Shown here: positions 17,771 through 26,696 of the stretch, in pieces
Layout: the number at the start of each line of letters is the position of its first letter
How positions within the stretch are numbered: the stretch's first letter is position 1
Source: an uncultured Clostridia bacterium
Lineage (GTDB): Bacteria; Bacillota; Clostridia; TANB77; CAG-508
Assembly: GCA_934183305.1 (NCBI GenBank)
Contig: CAKPSF010000003.1
Coordinates: forward strand, 10,673 to 74,672
Reading direction: 5' to 3'
Length of the DNA stretch: 64,000 nucleotides
Notes under the pieces: generated by a model
Databases searched by the model: none
Seen by the model: only the letters and a program-made list of their open reading frames with translations
Told to the model about the DNA's origin: nothing
Translations under genes and position numbers: made by a program

Positions 17771-17860
17771 TTCAAACACCTCTTATTTTATATAACATAT
17801 TTATATATAAAATAACAGTCTTGAATTTTTTCTCATTTTGTGGTATAGTAATTATAGTAA

Positions 17861-17906
17861 AAAAGAGAGAAAACACTAAAAACCAAAGTATTTTCTCTCT
17901 TTTAAT
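17861..17906 (-). terminator. Rho-independent terminator downstream of ogt
   Basis: On the minus strand: AAAAGAGAGAAAA-(17-nt loop)-TTTTCTCTCTTTTTT, immediately after the ogt stop at 17970. Confidence 0.55.
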
Positions 17907-17969
17907 TTTTTGCATTTCAATATTTATTTTTTTGCACTTGCATTATAAGTTTCTTCTAAAATCTCACTA

Positions 17970-18497
17970 CTATTTGTAGATTTTAGGTACAGTAAATTTA
18001 CTCATATCATTTTTTTCTATTTCTAGAAGTTTTATCTTATTTTCCATTCCTCCACCATATCCAGTAAGAGATCCATTTGTTCCAACAATTCTATGGCATG
18101 GAATTATTATACATATTGGATTCCAGCCTACTGCTCCTCCAACTGCTTGTGCAGACATTCTTTTTATCCCATTATTTTTTGCAATTTCTTTTGCTATATC
18201 ATTATATGTAATAGTTTCTCCATATGGAATTTTATTCATAATATCTATAACTTGTTTTCTAAATGGTGTTAGATTCTCAATTTTATACTTAGGTGTAAAA
18301 TTTGGAATATCACCACCAAAGTATATGTCTAACCATTTTTCAGTTAAATCAAATATTGGTAATTCTTTTTCTTCAAATTCTTCCATATGCTTAGAGGAAT
18401 CTTTTGACTTTTCAAACCAAAGTCCTGTTAAAAACTCTCCATCGCTTTGCATATAAATTATTCCAAGTGGTGAATTATATTCTTTTTTGTAAAACAT
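17970..18497 (-). CDS. ogt: Methylated-DNA--protein-cysteine methyltransferase
   Basis: Active-site PCHRIVGTNGSLTGYGGG. Start ATG 18497 with RBS AAGGAG; the track start is GTG. Confidence 0.8.
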   Translation of the reverse strand: MFYKKEYNSPLGIIYMQSDGEFLTGLWFEKSKDSSKHMEEFEEKELPIFDLTEKWLDIYFGGDIPNFTPKYKIENLTPFRKQVIDIMNKIPYGETITYNDIAKEIAKNNGIKRMSAQAVGGAVGWNPICIIIPCHRIVGTNGSLTGYGGGMENKIKLLEIEKNDMSKFTVPKIYK

Positions 18498-18516
18498 AAA
18501 TTTAATCTCCTTTAGT

Positions 18517-19248
18517 TTATTTATTATCACTTATCATCTTTCTCTTAAATATTATAATAGATAAAATCAAAACAGCAATAGTATAACATGAAAAAATCAA
18601 AATATTTTTATTTGTTATTATTTCTATGTTATTATTCATAACTCCCTTTATTATTTTAACTGCAGCTTCAAATGGTAAATATTCACAAACATTTCTAAAG
18701 AATCCTCCAAGCATTTCTGACGGAAAATATATTCCACTTGTAAAGCACACTAATTGCACTACTATACTTGATATTCCGGATGATGCTTTTTCTGTAAATA
18801 TGCTGCCAATTAATATTCCAATTGATATAAATAATATTGAAATAATAATAGAAATTAGTATCGCTAATATTATATTAATGCTAAATTGTAGACCTAGACA
18901 AATTGCAAGTATAAAGAACAATATCTCTTGAATTAATATGATTGGTATAAGTGATAACATATATCCTAAAATATAGTCTATAGCTTTCATTGGACTTACA
19001 CCTAACCTAATTAATAGTGATGTCGTTCTATCTTTTGAAATAAGTGTTGCAGTAAAAAGTGTTATAAATGAAAATCCAAAAACTATTATTCCAGGAGTAA
19101 AGTTCTCTAGCTTGTAATTATCACTTGGTATATTAAATTGTTGAAAAATAAATAGTAAAAATAAAGGTAGTATAATTGCAAATATTAAACTTAAAGGATC
19201 TCTAATTAATTCTTTAAAATTTCTTTTTGAAAAATTTAATATTCTCAT
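18517..19248 (-). CDS. ABC-2 type transporter permease
   Basis: Six predicted TM segments. Its start overlaps the stop of the upstream ATPase gene (ATGA). Confidence 0.6.
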   Translation of the reverse strand: MRILNFSKRNFKELIRDPLSLIFAIILPLFLLFIFQQFNIPSDNYKLENFTPGIIVFGFSFITLFTATLISKDRTTSLLIRLGVSPMKAIDYILGYMLSLIPIILIQEILFFILAICLGLQFSINIILAILISIIISILFISIGILIGSIFTEKASSGISSIVVQLVCFTSGIYFPSEMLGGFFRNVCEYLPFEAAVKIIKGVMNNNIEIITNKNILIFSCYTIAVLILSIIIFKRKMISDNK

Positions 19249-19970
19249 TACAACTCACCTCCTGTTGCTATTTTTATAAAAGCATCTTCTAAATTCTTTG
19301 AATTAGATTTTTGTATTAATTCTTTAACTGTTCCTACATCTACTAAATTTCCATTAGACATAATACCAATTCTATCTGATAATTTTTCTGCTTCTTCCAT
19401 ATAATGAGTTGTAAGTATAATTGTTATCTTTCCTTTTAGCTTTTCAATTATATTCCAAAGTTCTTTTCTTGCAATAACATCTAAACCAAGTGTTGGTTCA
19501 TCTAAGAATAAAATTTGCGGATTATTTATTAATGAAACTGCAATAGAAACTCTTCTTTTCCAACCGCCAGATAAAGTTTTTGCTTTTTTATTTAGTACCT
19601 CATTCAAATTAAACATATTAATTAATTCATTTATTTTTTCTTTAGAATTTTCTATTTGGTAAACCCCAGCCATAAATTCTAAATTTTCTTTAACAGAAAG
19701 ATTTAACGCAATAGCTGTCTCTTGTGGAGATACATTGATTCTTTCTCTTATTTTTTGTTTATTTACTTTGCTATCTAATCCGCTTATTTTTATATTTCCA
19801 GATGTTGGTTCTATTAGTGTAGTAAGCATTTTTATTGTTGTTGTTTTTCCTGCCCCATTTGTGCCAAGAAGTGAAAACAATTCTCCTTTTTTTATATTCA
19901 AGTTTAATTTATTAACCGCTACTTTGTTTTTGAATTTTTTTGTTAATTCAACTGTTTCAATTTCATACAT
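19248..19970 (-). CDS. ABC transporter ATP-binding protein
   Basis: Walker A GTNGAGKTT, signature LSGGWKRRV, Walker B ILFLDEPT. Start ATG 19970 with RBS AAAGGAGG. The track's longer ORF overlaps the upstream AbrB-like gene. Confidence 0.85.
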   Translation of the reverse strand: MYEIETVELTKKFKNKVAVNKLNLNIKKGELFSLLGTNGAGKTTTIKMLTTLIEPTSGNIKISGLDSKVNKQKIRERINVSPQETAIALNLSVKENLEFMAGVYQIENSKEKINELINMFNLNEVLNKKAKTLSGGWKRRVSIAVSLINNPQILFLDEPTLGLDVIARKELWNIIEKLKGKITIILTTHYMEEAEKLSDRIGIMSNGNLVDVGTVKELIQKSNSKNLEDAFIKIATGGEL

Positions 19971-19971
19971 C

Positions 19972-20175
19972 TTATTTTCCTCCTTTAGGGAAAAATTGAT
20001 CTGACATTTCTTCAATAACATCAGCTTTTACTAATGCAATTCCTTGTTCCTTATCACAAAGAACTATTATTGAATCTCCTGAATTTATATTAAACATTTC
20101 TCTAGCTTCTTTAGGGATTACAATCTGACCCTTTTCGCCCACTTTACATATTCCCACAAATTTATCTTTTTTCAT
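19972..20175 (-). CDS. AbrB/MazE (SpoVT-AbrB) family DNA-binding protein
   Basis: 67 aa. GICKVGEKGQIVIPKEAREMFNINSGDSIIV is the swapped-hairpin AbrB-type fold. Confidence 0.6.
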   Translation of the reverse strand: MKKDKFVGICKVGEKGQIVIPKEAREMFNINSGDSIIVLCDKEQGIALVKADVIEEMSDQFFPKGGK

Positions 20176-20232
20176 TTACATTCCTCCTTGTATTTAATTT
20201 CATACTTTTCATACTTATTATACTATTCAGGT

Positions 20233-20266
20233 ATAAAAAAGGCAATAGTTTTTATCTATTGCCTTC
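20233..20266 (-). terminator. Rho-independent terminator
   Basis: On the minus strand: GGCAATAG-ATAAAAA-CTATTGCC followed by UUUUUUAU, at the stop of the 20266..21867 gene. Confidence 0.65.
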
Positions 20267-21867
20267 TAAATATTTAATTTTTGATATTCTTTTGGTCCCT
20301 TTTTCATTAAAATAGTATACAAAACTCCAGTTATTATTGCAAGTATGCTTATATGTAGTGTTATTAATATATTAAAATCTATATATTGTCCAAAATAACC
20401 AAAAGCCAAAATGCTAAGTAAAAATATTCCCCATCCAATAAATACAGAGATAGTAGAACTCATACTTTGTTTTACTACTTCAGTATCATTGCTTGCATTT
20501 AACTTTGGATATTTCAAATTAACCAGTAAACCAATAACAGCAGATATAAATATTAAAATAAATGTAAGTGCAATTATTTGCATAAAGTATGTTAATGACA
20601 TCCCAAATCTAAATATAAAGATTAATTCTGAAATTAAGAAAAACGGTAATTCTATAATAAAACAATATAATATTTTTGAATTTAATATAGTTTTATAACT
20701 AATTGGTAAGGTTTTTGTTATATTTATTGTTTTTCCTTCAAGTGAAATGCTAGATGATGTTATTGAAGTAAATGCACCTGTAAATAATATTAAACCATAA
20801 AACAACAACTCTACAGATATGGTATTTGTCATACCATAACTAGATAGTAGCGAAACCAGCATTTCTTTTCCTTTTAAACACAATATTATTGTTAATACTA
20901 AAGCAAGTACCAATCCAAAAGATGAATTAAACATATATACTGTTGAGGATAAGTATCTTTTTATTTCTTTCATAGCTAAAGAAATTATTGGTTTTCTAAT
21001 TTTTATTGTTTCTTTTTTATTCTTTCTAATATTTACATTTGAGCTTTTAAGATTTGAAATTATATTAAAATAATATTTTTGTCCCAACATAATAAATATT
21101 GCAAAAGGAATTATATTAATAGCTAATAACTTAATAAACATTAGTATATCAAATTTATTTATTAAACTAATATATGCACCTATTGGATAATATATTTTTG
21201 TTAGCATTTCATTTAAATTTCTAGCATTAGAAGCTATATTTTCCATAAATGAATTTAAATTAAAACTTACAAAGAATATTCCAATAAAAACAATACTAGA
21301 TAACACTGTTTGAATTATCTTTTTTGCTTTAAATTTACTAGATACCATTTTCACAATATAACCAATAAAGCATGATATTACAGTAGGTATAATTGGTATC
21401 AATAATGTCATAAGTAAAGAAATTAAATAAAATTCAATACCTGGATTTTCAAAATAAATATATATTGCAAATGCTGGCAATATAAACATTAAATTATATA
21501 CATATTCAAATAAAATTAATTTAAATAGCCTTACGAACAATATCGTACTCTTTTTTATAGGCAATGAAAATAACATATCATTGTCTTTCGCTTCAAACAA
21601 AATTCCTTGTGATTTATATATTCCTTCCACAAATGTAAGTATTGTAACAGCTGCTATAAACATACTAAGCATAATAAATGTAAGATGCAACGGTGCTAAA
21701 ATCTCTGCAATTGCATAGGCATAATATCCTATGCTAACACTTACAATTATAAATAAAAAAATTGGTAAAATTATCTTTTTAAATTTACTTGCATTTTTTC
21801 CAGCAGAATACTTAAACATATTCATATCTTGAGATAAAACAGCTTTTAATAATGACAGTAATCTCAT
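20266..21867 (-). CDS. Large polytopic ABC-type exporter permease (533 aa)
   Basis: At least 10 predicted TM helices. Immediately downstream of, and 1 nt from, an ABC ATPase gene. Confidence 0.5.
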   Translation of the reverse strand: MRLLSLLKAVLSQDMNMFKYSAGKNASKFKKIILPIFLFIIVSVSIGYYAYAIAEILAPLHLTFIMLSMFIAAVTILTFVEGIYKSQGILFEAKDNDMLFSLPIKKSTILFVRLFKLILFEYVYNLMFILPAFAIYIYFENPGIEFYLISLLMTLLIPIIPTVISCFIGYIVKMVSSKFKAKKIIQTVLSSIVFIGIFFVSFNLNSFMENIASNARNLNEMLTKIYYPIGAYISLINKFDILMFIKLLAINIIPFAIFIMLGQKYYFNIISNLKSSNVNIRKNKKETIKIRKPIISLAMKEIKRYLSSTVYMFNSSFGLVLALVLTIILCLKGKEMLVSLLSSYGMTNTISVELLFYGLILFTGAFTSITSSSISLEGKTINITKTLPISYKTILNSKILYCFIIELPFFLISELIFIFRFGMSLTYFMQIIALTFILIFISAVIGLLVNLKYPKLNASNDTEVVKQSMSSTISVFIGWGIFLLSILAFGYFGQYIDFNILITLHISILAIITGVLYTILMKKGPKEYQKLNI

Positions 21868-21868
21868 A

Positions 21869-22576
21869 TTATTCTCCTAACTCAAGAAATACTTGTTCTA
21901 AAGACTCGTCTCCTTTAATGTCTTTCATACTTCCTGTTTTTACAATTTTTCCATTCTTAATAATAGCAACTCTATCACATAATTTTTCTGCAACATCTAA
22001 AATATGGGTAGAGAAAAAAACTGTTTTTCCTTCTTTTGTCATTTGTTTCATAAGTTCTTTCATATCGTAAACTGCTTTCGGATCAAGCCCAACAAATGGT
22101 TCATCCATTATTAAAACTTTAGGCTCATGTGACAGTGCAGCTATTAGTGCAACTTTTTGTTTCATACCATGTGAAAAGCTTGATATGTCATCGTTAAGAT
22201 TATTTTCAATTTCAAACATTTTTGAATATTTTTCTATATTCTCTTTTCTTGTTTTTAAAGGTGTTTGATACATATCACATATAAAATTTATAAAATCAAT
22301 AGCCTTCATATTTTCATATAAATCTGGATTATCTGGAACATATGCCATATCCATTTTACATTCAATAGGGTACTTTTTTATTGACTTTCCATTTATTAAA
22401 ATATCGCCATCTTCAAAATCTAAAATTCCAACAATAGATTTAATCGTTGTTGTTTTTCCAGCGCCATTATGCCCAATAAAAGCAAATATCTCCCCATCTT
22501 TTACATCAAAGCTAATACCATCTAAAGCTTTTTTATCACCATTGTATACTTTACTAACATTCTTTATTTCTATCAT
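21869..22576 (-). CDS. ABC transporter ATP-binding protein
   Basis: Walker A GHNGAGKTT, signature FSHGMKQKV, Walker B LIMDEPF. Start ATG 22576 with RBS AAGGGAG; the track start is TTG. Confidence 0.85.
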   Translation of the reverse strand: MIEIKNVSKVYNGDKKALDGISFDVKDGEIFAFIGHNGAGKTTTIKSIVGILDFEDGDILINGKSIKKYPIECKMDMAYVPDNPDLYENMKAIDFINFICDMYQTPLKTRKENIEKYSKMFEIENNLNDDISSFSHGMKQKVALIAALSHEPKVLIMDEPFVGLDPKAVYDMKELMKQMTKEGKTVFFSTHILDVAEKLCDRVAIIKNGKIVKTGSMKDIKGDESLEQVFLELGE

Positions 22577-22737
22577 ATACAAACTCCCTTTTATTCTATA
22601 AACATAATTCGTTATCTCTAATGTTATTTCATTTTTAAGTAAATAAAATAGTTTTTTTCAATTATATCATATTTTAAAATTTTATGGTTTTATATTTAAA
22701 ATATTTTTCACATATATTCAAATAGAAGATCTTAGTT

Positions 22738-23643
22738 TTATAAATTTATAATCTTATCTATAATTTTCATATCTTCAATTTTATTAATACCAAAACATTT
22801 TTTACCCAAATCTTTTATTGATGCTCCTAAATGATACATTTCTTTATTATCTATTACTATAAATCTGTCATGAAATTTATTTGTTTTAGCTACTTTTAAA
22901 ATAGGGTATTCTTTATTAAACTTTTGAATATCAATTTTTTCTATATTACTTTTATCAGAAGTTAATAATACAACTTCTACAGCTTTATTTTTCTTTGTAA
23001 GCATTTTTAAAACACTATCATCTATATAATTATCTATTATTAAAATCTTCTTATTTGCTTTTTTTATAATATCGATTATTAGACTATATGCATCATATAT
23101 CTGACCTTCAAAGAATATTTTTTGTTTAATATTTTCTTCATTTTGTAATTGGTTAAATACTTTGTCAAATTTTTTATCATGTTCTAATAATTTATATTCT
23201 ACATTAGTTAATCTCTCAAATAGTTGTCCATTTGAAGATATAAATTTTCTCATTTCTACGAAAGCTCTTATAATACTAATGCTCACTTTTACAGCAATTT
23301 CATTTTTTAAAACACCTGACAACATTGATATTCCTTGTTCAGTAAATACATATGGTAGATATTTTCTTGTTACATCTCCATTATTAACTTTTCTATTTAA
23401 GGTTCCAAATTGGAACCTTAAATCTTGAAATTCGCTTTCAGTTAATTGGAAACAAAAATCTTCAGGAAATCTATCTATATTTCTCTTTACCGCTTTATTT
23501 ATATTTTTAGTTGTGTAATGATATAACATTGCAACATCACTATCTAGCATCACTTGTTTTCCTCTTATAGTATATATTAAATTTTTTATTTCTTCATTTG
23601 ATATGTTATCTTGAACTATCAAACTATTTATTTCATTTTCCAT
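22738..23643 (-). CDS. ORF6N (KilA-N/antirepressor-like) domain protein with unknown C-terminal domain
   Basis: IRGKQVMLDSDVAMLYHYTTKNINKAVKRNIDRFPEDFCFQLTESEF is the ORF6N domain. Start ATG 23643 with RBS AAAGGATG; the track extension has no RBS. Confidence 0.6.
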   Translation of the reverse strand: MENEINSLIVQDNISNEEIKNLIYTIRGKQVMLDSDVAMLYHYTTKNINKAVKRNIDRFPEDFCFQLTESEFQDLRFQFGTLNRKVNNGDVTRKYLPYVFTEQGISMLSGVLKNEIAVKVSISIIRAFVEMRKFISSNGQLFERLTNVEYKLLEHDKKFDKVFNQLQNEENIKQKIFFEGQIYDAYSLIIDIIKKANKKILIIDNYIDDSVLKMLTKKNKAVEVVLLTSDKSNIEKIDIQKFNKEYPILKVAKTNKFHDRFIVIDNKEMYHLGASIKDLGKKCFGINKIEDMKIIDKIINL

Positions 23644-23813
23644 AATTTCACATCCTTTTATAGCTACGTATAGTTTAAAACATTTGTTTGTTTTTGTCAA
23701 GTGTTTTTTATCATCAACTTCAATTGATACATAAATATCAAATATTTCACTTTGAAAAAATTTTGCTAGTTGTTTAATATAAGTTCTTTTAAAATCTATT
23801 TTTCAATAAAAGA

Positions 23814-23853
23814 CAACAAAAAAATCAACCAGATTTTATTTTCTGATTGATTT
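23814..23853 (-). terminator. Rho-independent terminator of the tRNA operon
   Basis: On the minus strand: AATCAATCAGA-aaataaa-ATCTGGTTGATT followed by UUUUUUUG, about 40 nt after the tRNA-Tyr 3' end. Confidence 0.6.
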
Positions 23854-23893
23854 TTGTATTTCTCTGTTCTATTAATTCGAACAGATACGTCAT

Positions 23894-23979
23894 TGGTGGG
23901 CAGGGATGGATTCGAACCATCGTACTCAAATGAGAATAGATTTACAGTCTACCGCCTTTAGCCACTCGGCCACCTGCCC
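23894..23979 (-). tRNA. tRNA-Tyr (anticodon GTA), type II long variable arm, CCA encoded
   Basis: Reverse complement GGGCAGGTGGCCGAGTGGCTAAAGGCGGTAGACTGTAAATCTA...GGTTCGAATCC...CCCACCA. Cloverleaf checked by hand. Confidence 0.9.
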
Positions 23980-24013
23980 TTATTCTTTTATCTAATACTA
24001 GTAGATAAAAGAA

Positions 24014-24090
24014 TGGTCCGCCCTCTAGGATTCGAACCTAGGACCCACCGGTTATGAGCCGGTTGCTCTGACCAACTGAGCTAAGGGCGG
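24014..24090 (-). tRNA. tRNA-Met or tRNA-Ile2 (anticodon CAT), CCA encoded
   Basis: Reverse complement CCGCCCTTAGCTCAGTTGGTCAGAGCAACCGGCTCATAACCGGTGGGTCCTAGGTTCGAATCCTAGAGGGCGGACCA. The C1-G72 pair and non-GGG anticodon stem argue against initiator tRNA. Confidence 0.85.
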
Positions 24091-24121
24091 TTGTTAACTT
24101 TCTATAAAATCAAAAAAAGTC

Positions 24122-24195
<74 letters not shown>

Positions 24196-24218
24196 ATAAC
24201 TCCTCCTGACAAGTATAA

Positions 24219-24247
24219 ATTATAACTGTTATTTTATACTTTGTCAA
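24219..24247 (-). promoter_or_regulatory. Consensus sigma-A promoter TTGACA-17-TATAAT driving the tRNA cluster
   Basis: Read on the minus strand as TTGACAaagtataaaataacagtTATAAT, about 25 nt upstream of the tRNA-Gly 5' end. Confidence 0.7.
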
Positions 24248-24281
24248 GAGTTTTTTTTATTTTTTTATATAATTTTCATTT

Positions 24282-24770
24282 TTATTTTCTAATATATGTT
24301 ACATAACTATAATCATAAGGATTTTCTTCATTTTTTAATCCTTTTTCTTTATCTATAATTTCCCACTCTTCCTTATTTATTTCAGGAAAACTTACATCTC
24401 CATCAAATTCTTGATTTATTTCTGTTATATACATTTTATTAGCATATGGCATTAGTAGCTTATAAATAGTTGCTCCACCTATTATAAAGTTTTCTTCTGC
24501 TGAATTTATATATTTGTCTAACTTAGAAATATCGTCTAATATTTCTACTCTTTCGTCATTTATATTCATTGTCATATCATTACATAATATAACATGTTTT
24601 CTGTTTGGTAATATTCTTCCTAAAGATTCAAAAGTTCTTCTTCCCATTATAATTGTATGTCCTGTTGTAAGTTTCTTAAATCTCTTTAAATCCTCTGGTA
24701 AATGCCATATTAATGCATTATTTTTTCCAATTATATTATTACTTGCCTTGGCTACTATTATACTTAACAT
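24282..24770 (-). CDS. folA: Dihydrofolate reductase
   Basis: MLSIIVAKASNNIIGKNNALIWHLPEDLKRFKKLTTGHTIIMGRRTFESL. Confidence 0.9.
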   Translation of the reverse strand: MLSIIVAKASNNIIGKNNALIWHLPEDLKRFKKLTTGHTIIMGRRTFESLGRILPNRKHVILCNDMTMNINDERVEILDDISKLDKYINSAEENFIIGGATIYKLLMPYANKMYITEINQEFDGDVSFPEINKEEWEIIDKEKGLKNEENPYDYSYVTYIRK

Positions 24771-24782
24771 ATATTTCTCCTT

Positions 24783-25640
24783 CTATTTAGCTACTGGAAT
24801 TTTTCCTAATTTTATATCTTTGTTATAATCATATCCTTGAATTTCAAAGTCTTCAACTTTAAACTCATAAAAATTATTAGTTGGATTGTTTATAACTAAT
24901 TTAGGTGTTACATCCATTGGTTTAGCTTCTATTAATTGTTTTATTAAAGGAATATGCCTATCATATATATGACAGTCTCCAATATTATGTGTTAATGTTC
25001 CTGGCTTTAGTCCAGAAACTTGTGCAAACATATATAAGAGAGCTGCATATTGCATTGTATTCCATCCATTTGCAGCTAGCATATCTTGAGAACGTTGATT
25101 TAGTATTAAATGTAATTTTCCCTCCTTAACTAGCCATTGAGTTCCAAATGCACATGGTTCCAAATTCATATCTTTTAATTCTTCATGATTAAATAAATTA
25201 GTCATAATTCTTCTACTAGCTGGATCATTTTTTAATAAGTATAAAACATAGTCTACCTGATCCATTTCTTTAATTCCTTCTTTAGTCTTAAACTTATATT
25301 TTTTAGCAAATTGGTATCCATATGCTTTTCCTATAGATCCATTTTCATCTGCCCACTGATCCCATATATGTGAATTTAAATCTTTAATATTATTAGACTT
25401 TTTCTGCCATATCCACAAGATTTCATCAATAGCTCTTTTAACTGTATTAGTATTATTCCTTAATGTAATCATTGGAAATTCTTTTTCTAAATCATATTTA
25501 TTTGTTACTCCAACTAAAGATATATAGTTAGCTTCGTTTCCATCTTCCCATCTAGTTCTAACTCCTGTTCCTTGTGATGAATACCCATGTTCAAGTATTT
25601 CCTTACATGTTTTTATAAAATTCTCGTCTGCCTGTGTCAA
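24783..25640 (-). CDS. thyA: Thymidylate synthase (B. subtilis ThyA-type)
   Basis: The TRWEDGNEANYISLV, IWDQWADENGSIGKAYGYQF and LEPCAFGTQW motifs parallel B. subtilis ThyA. TTG start with RBS AAGGGAGG. Confidence 0.9.
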   Translation of the reverse strand: MTQADENFIKTCKEILEHGYSSQGTGVRTRWEDGNEANYISLVGVTNKYDLEKEFPMITLRNNTNTVKRAIDEILWIWQKKSNNIKDLNSHIWDQWADENGSIGKAYGYQFAKKYKFKTKEGIKEMDQVDYVLYLLKNDPASRRIMTNLFNHEELKDMNLEPCAFGTQWLVKEGKLHLILNQRSQDMLAANGWNTMQYAALLYMFAQVSGLKPGTLTHNIGDCHIYDRHIPLIKQLIEAKPMDVTPKLVINNPTNNFYEFKVEDFEIQGYDYNKDIKLGKIPVAK

Positions 25641-25705
25641 CTTATTTTCCTCCCTTATTTTAAAATAGACCTAAATTTAATATTTAGGTCTTTGTTTATT
25701 CAATT

Positions 25706-26530
25706 TTACCCTCTACCTTCTGGAAGAGCATCTGGCAATTCTAATTTTACTCTTATCTTAAATATATAGCTCATTGTTCTAACAATTTTGCTTTGTTTAA
25801 TTCTTTGCCATAATGAAGGCTTAACTTCAAATGTTGTATCAGCTATGTATTGTTGTTCTTCTGTTGCAACATTTTCAACAACCTCTTCTTCAACTGGTGT
25901 TGGTATTCCTTTTAATGCATCTGCTATTTCTATTCCAATAAAGCTTAATGCTTTTGATCTATCTTCTATTCTTTCCATATCTATTTCAATATGTAAATTA
26001 GTTTCTAAGTTAGATATTCTAGCATTTATTAGTTTAATTGCATCTGCATAATTTTGAGATGTTTTACCTTTACATCTTCCAATGACTCCTAATGTTTCAA
26101 TTATATCCTCTTGGAAATATGCGCTAGCATCTTTTACTTCGTTTTTCCAGTCTTTTTCCTTATTTTCAACAATTTCTAGTAATTCTTTTAGTTGTGCTGA
26201 TAATTCAATATTTTTTTCTCTTTGAATTATTAATGCTTCTATTTTCTTTGTGTTTTCTTCAAATTGATTTGTAGCATACTCAACTAACCCATAAGCTGCT
26301 TTATAAACAGATGCTGGAAAATTCTTCTTTTTTGGATATTCTATTAAATAAGTTTTTACTGAATCTATTAAATCCTTAAAGTAAGCATCATCATCTAATT
26401 GTACTATTTGTTTCTTACTATTTGGATTGATTAATTTTTGAATTTTGTCAATATTTGATAAAATTTTCTCTTCAGTTATTACCATTCTTACGTTTACTAT
26501 GCCTGGTCTTCTATTCCAAAATATAGACAT
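25706..26530 (-). CDS. Hypothetical coiled-coil protein (274 aa)
   Basis: Predominantly helical, charged sequence with no catalytic motif. Confidence 0.35.
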   Translation of the reverse strand: MSIFWNRRPGIVNVRMVITEEKILSNIDKIQKLINPNSKKQIVQLDDDAYFKDLIDSVKTYLIEYPKKKNFPASVYKAAYGLVEYATNQFEENTKKIEALIIQREKNIELSAQLKELLEIVENKEKDWKNEVKDASAYFQEDIIETLGVIGRCKGKTSQNYADAIKLINARISNLETNLHIEIDMERIEDRSKALSFIGIEIADALKGIPTPVEEEVVENVATEEQQYIADTTFEVKPSLWQRIKQSKIVRTMSYIFKIRVKLELPDALPEGRG

Positions 26531-26696
26531 GTAAACCTCCCTCCTTCGTCCTATGTAATTCTCTCTTTTTCTGACGTAATTATATAACTATTTGCTTTTT
26601 TCTACAATAGGAAACGCAAAAAAATATATTTAATTTTCGTTACAAGTTTATTACAAAAATATTACATTTGTCAACTATTTTTTGTTTTTTATTTAA

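Noticed and set aside
19248-20021. Longer ABC ATPase ORF starting at 20021
   Set aside because: It would overlap the conserved AbrB-like gene, and the internal ATG 19970 has a consensus RBS (AAAGGAGG). The same logic was applied to the GTG/TTG track starts at 3020, 8497, 10589, 17319, 18530, 22582 and 28583, and to the ATG extensions at 23700 and 36828.
22738-23880. Prophage or integrative element call based on ORF6N plus the adjacent tRNA genes
   Set aside because: No integrase, recombinase, structural or terminase genes, and no attachment-site repeats are visible in the window. Only the looser 'accessory region' statement is supportable.
24249-24281. Possible terminator after folA in the T-rich stretch
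   Set aside because: T-runs are present but there is no stem-loop. The folA transcript probably reads on, or ends without a canonical hairpin.
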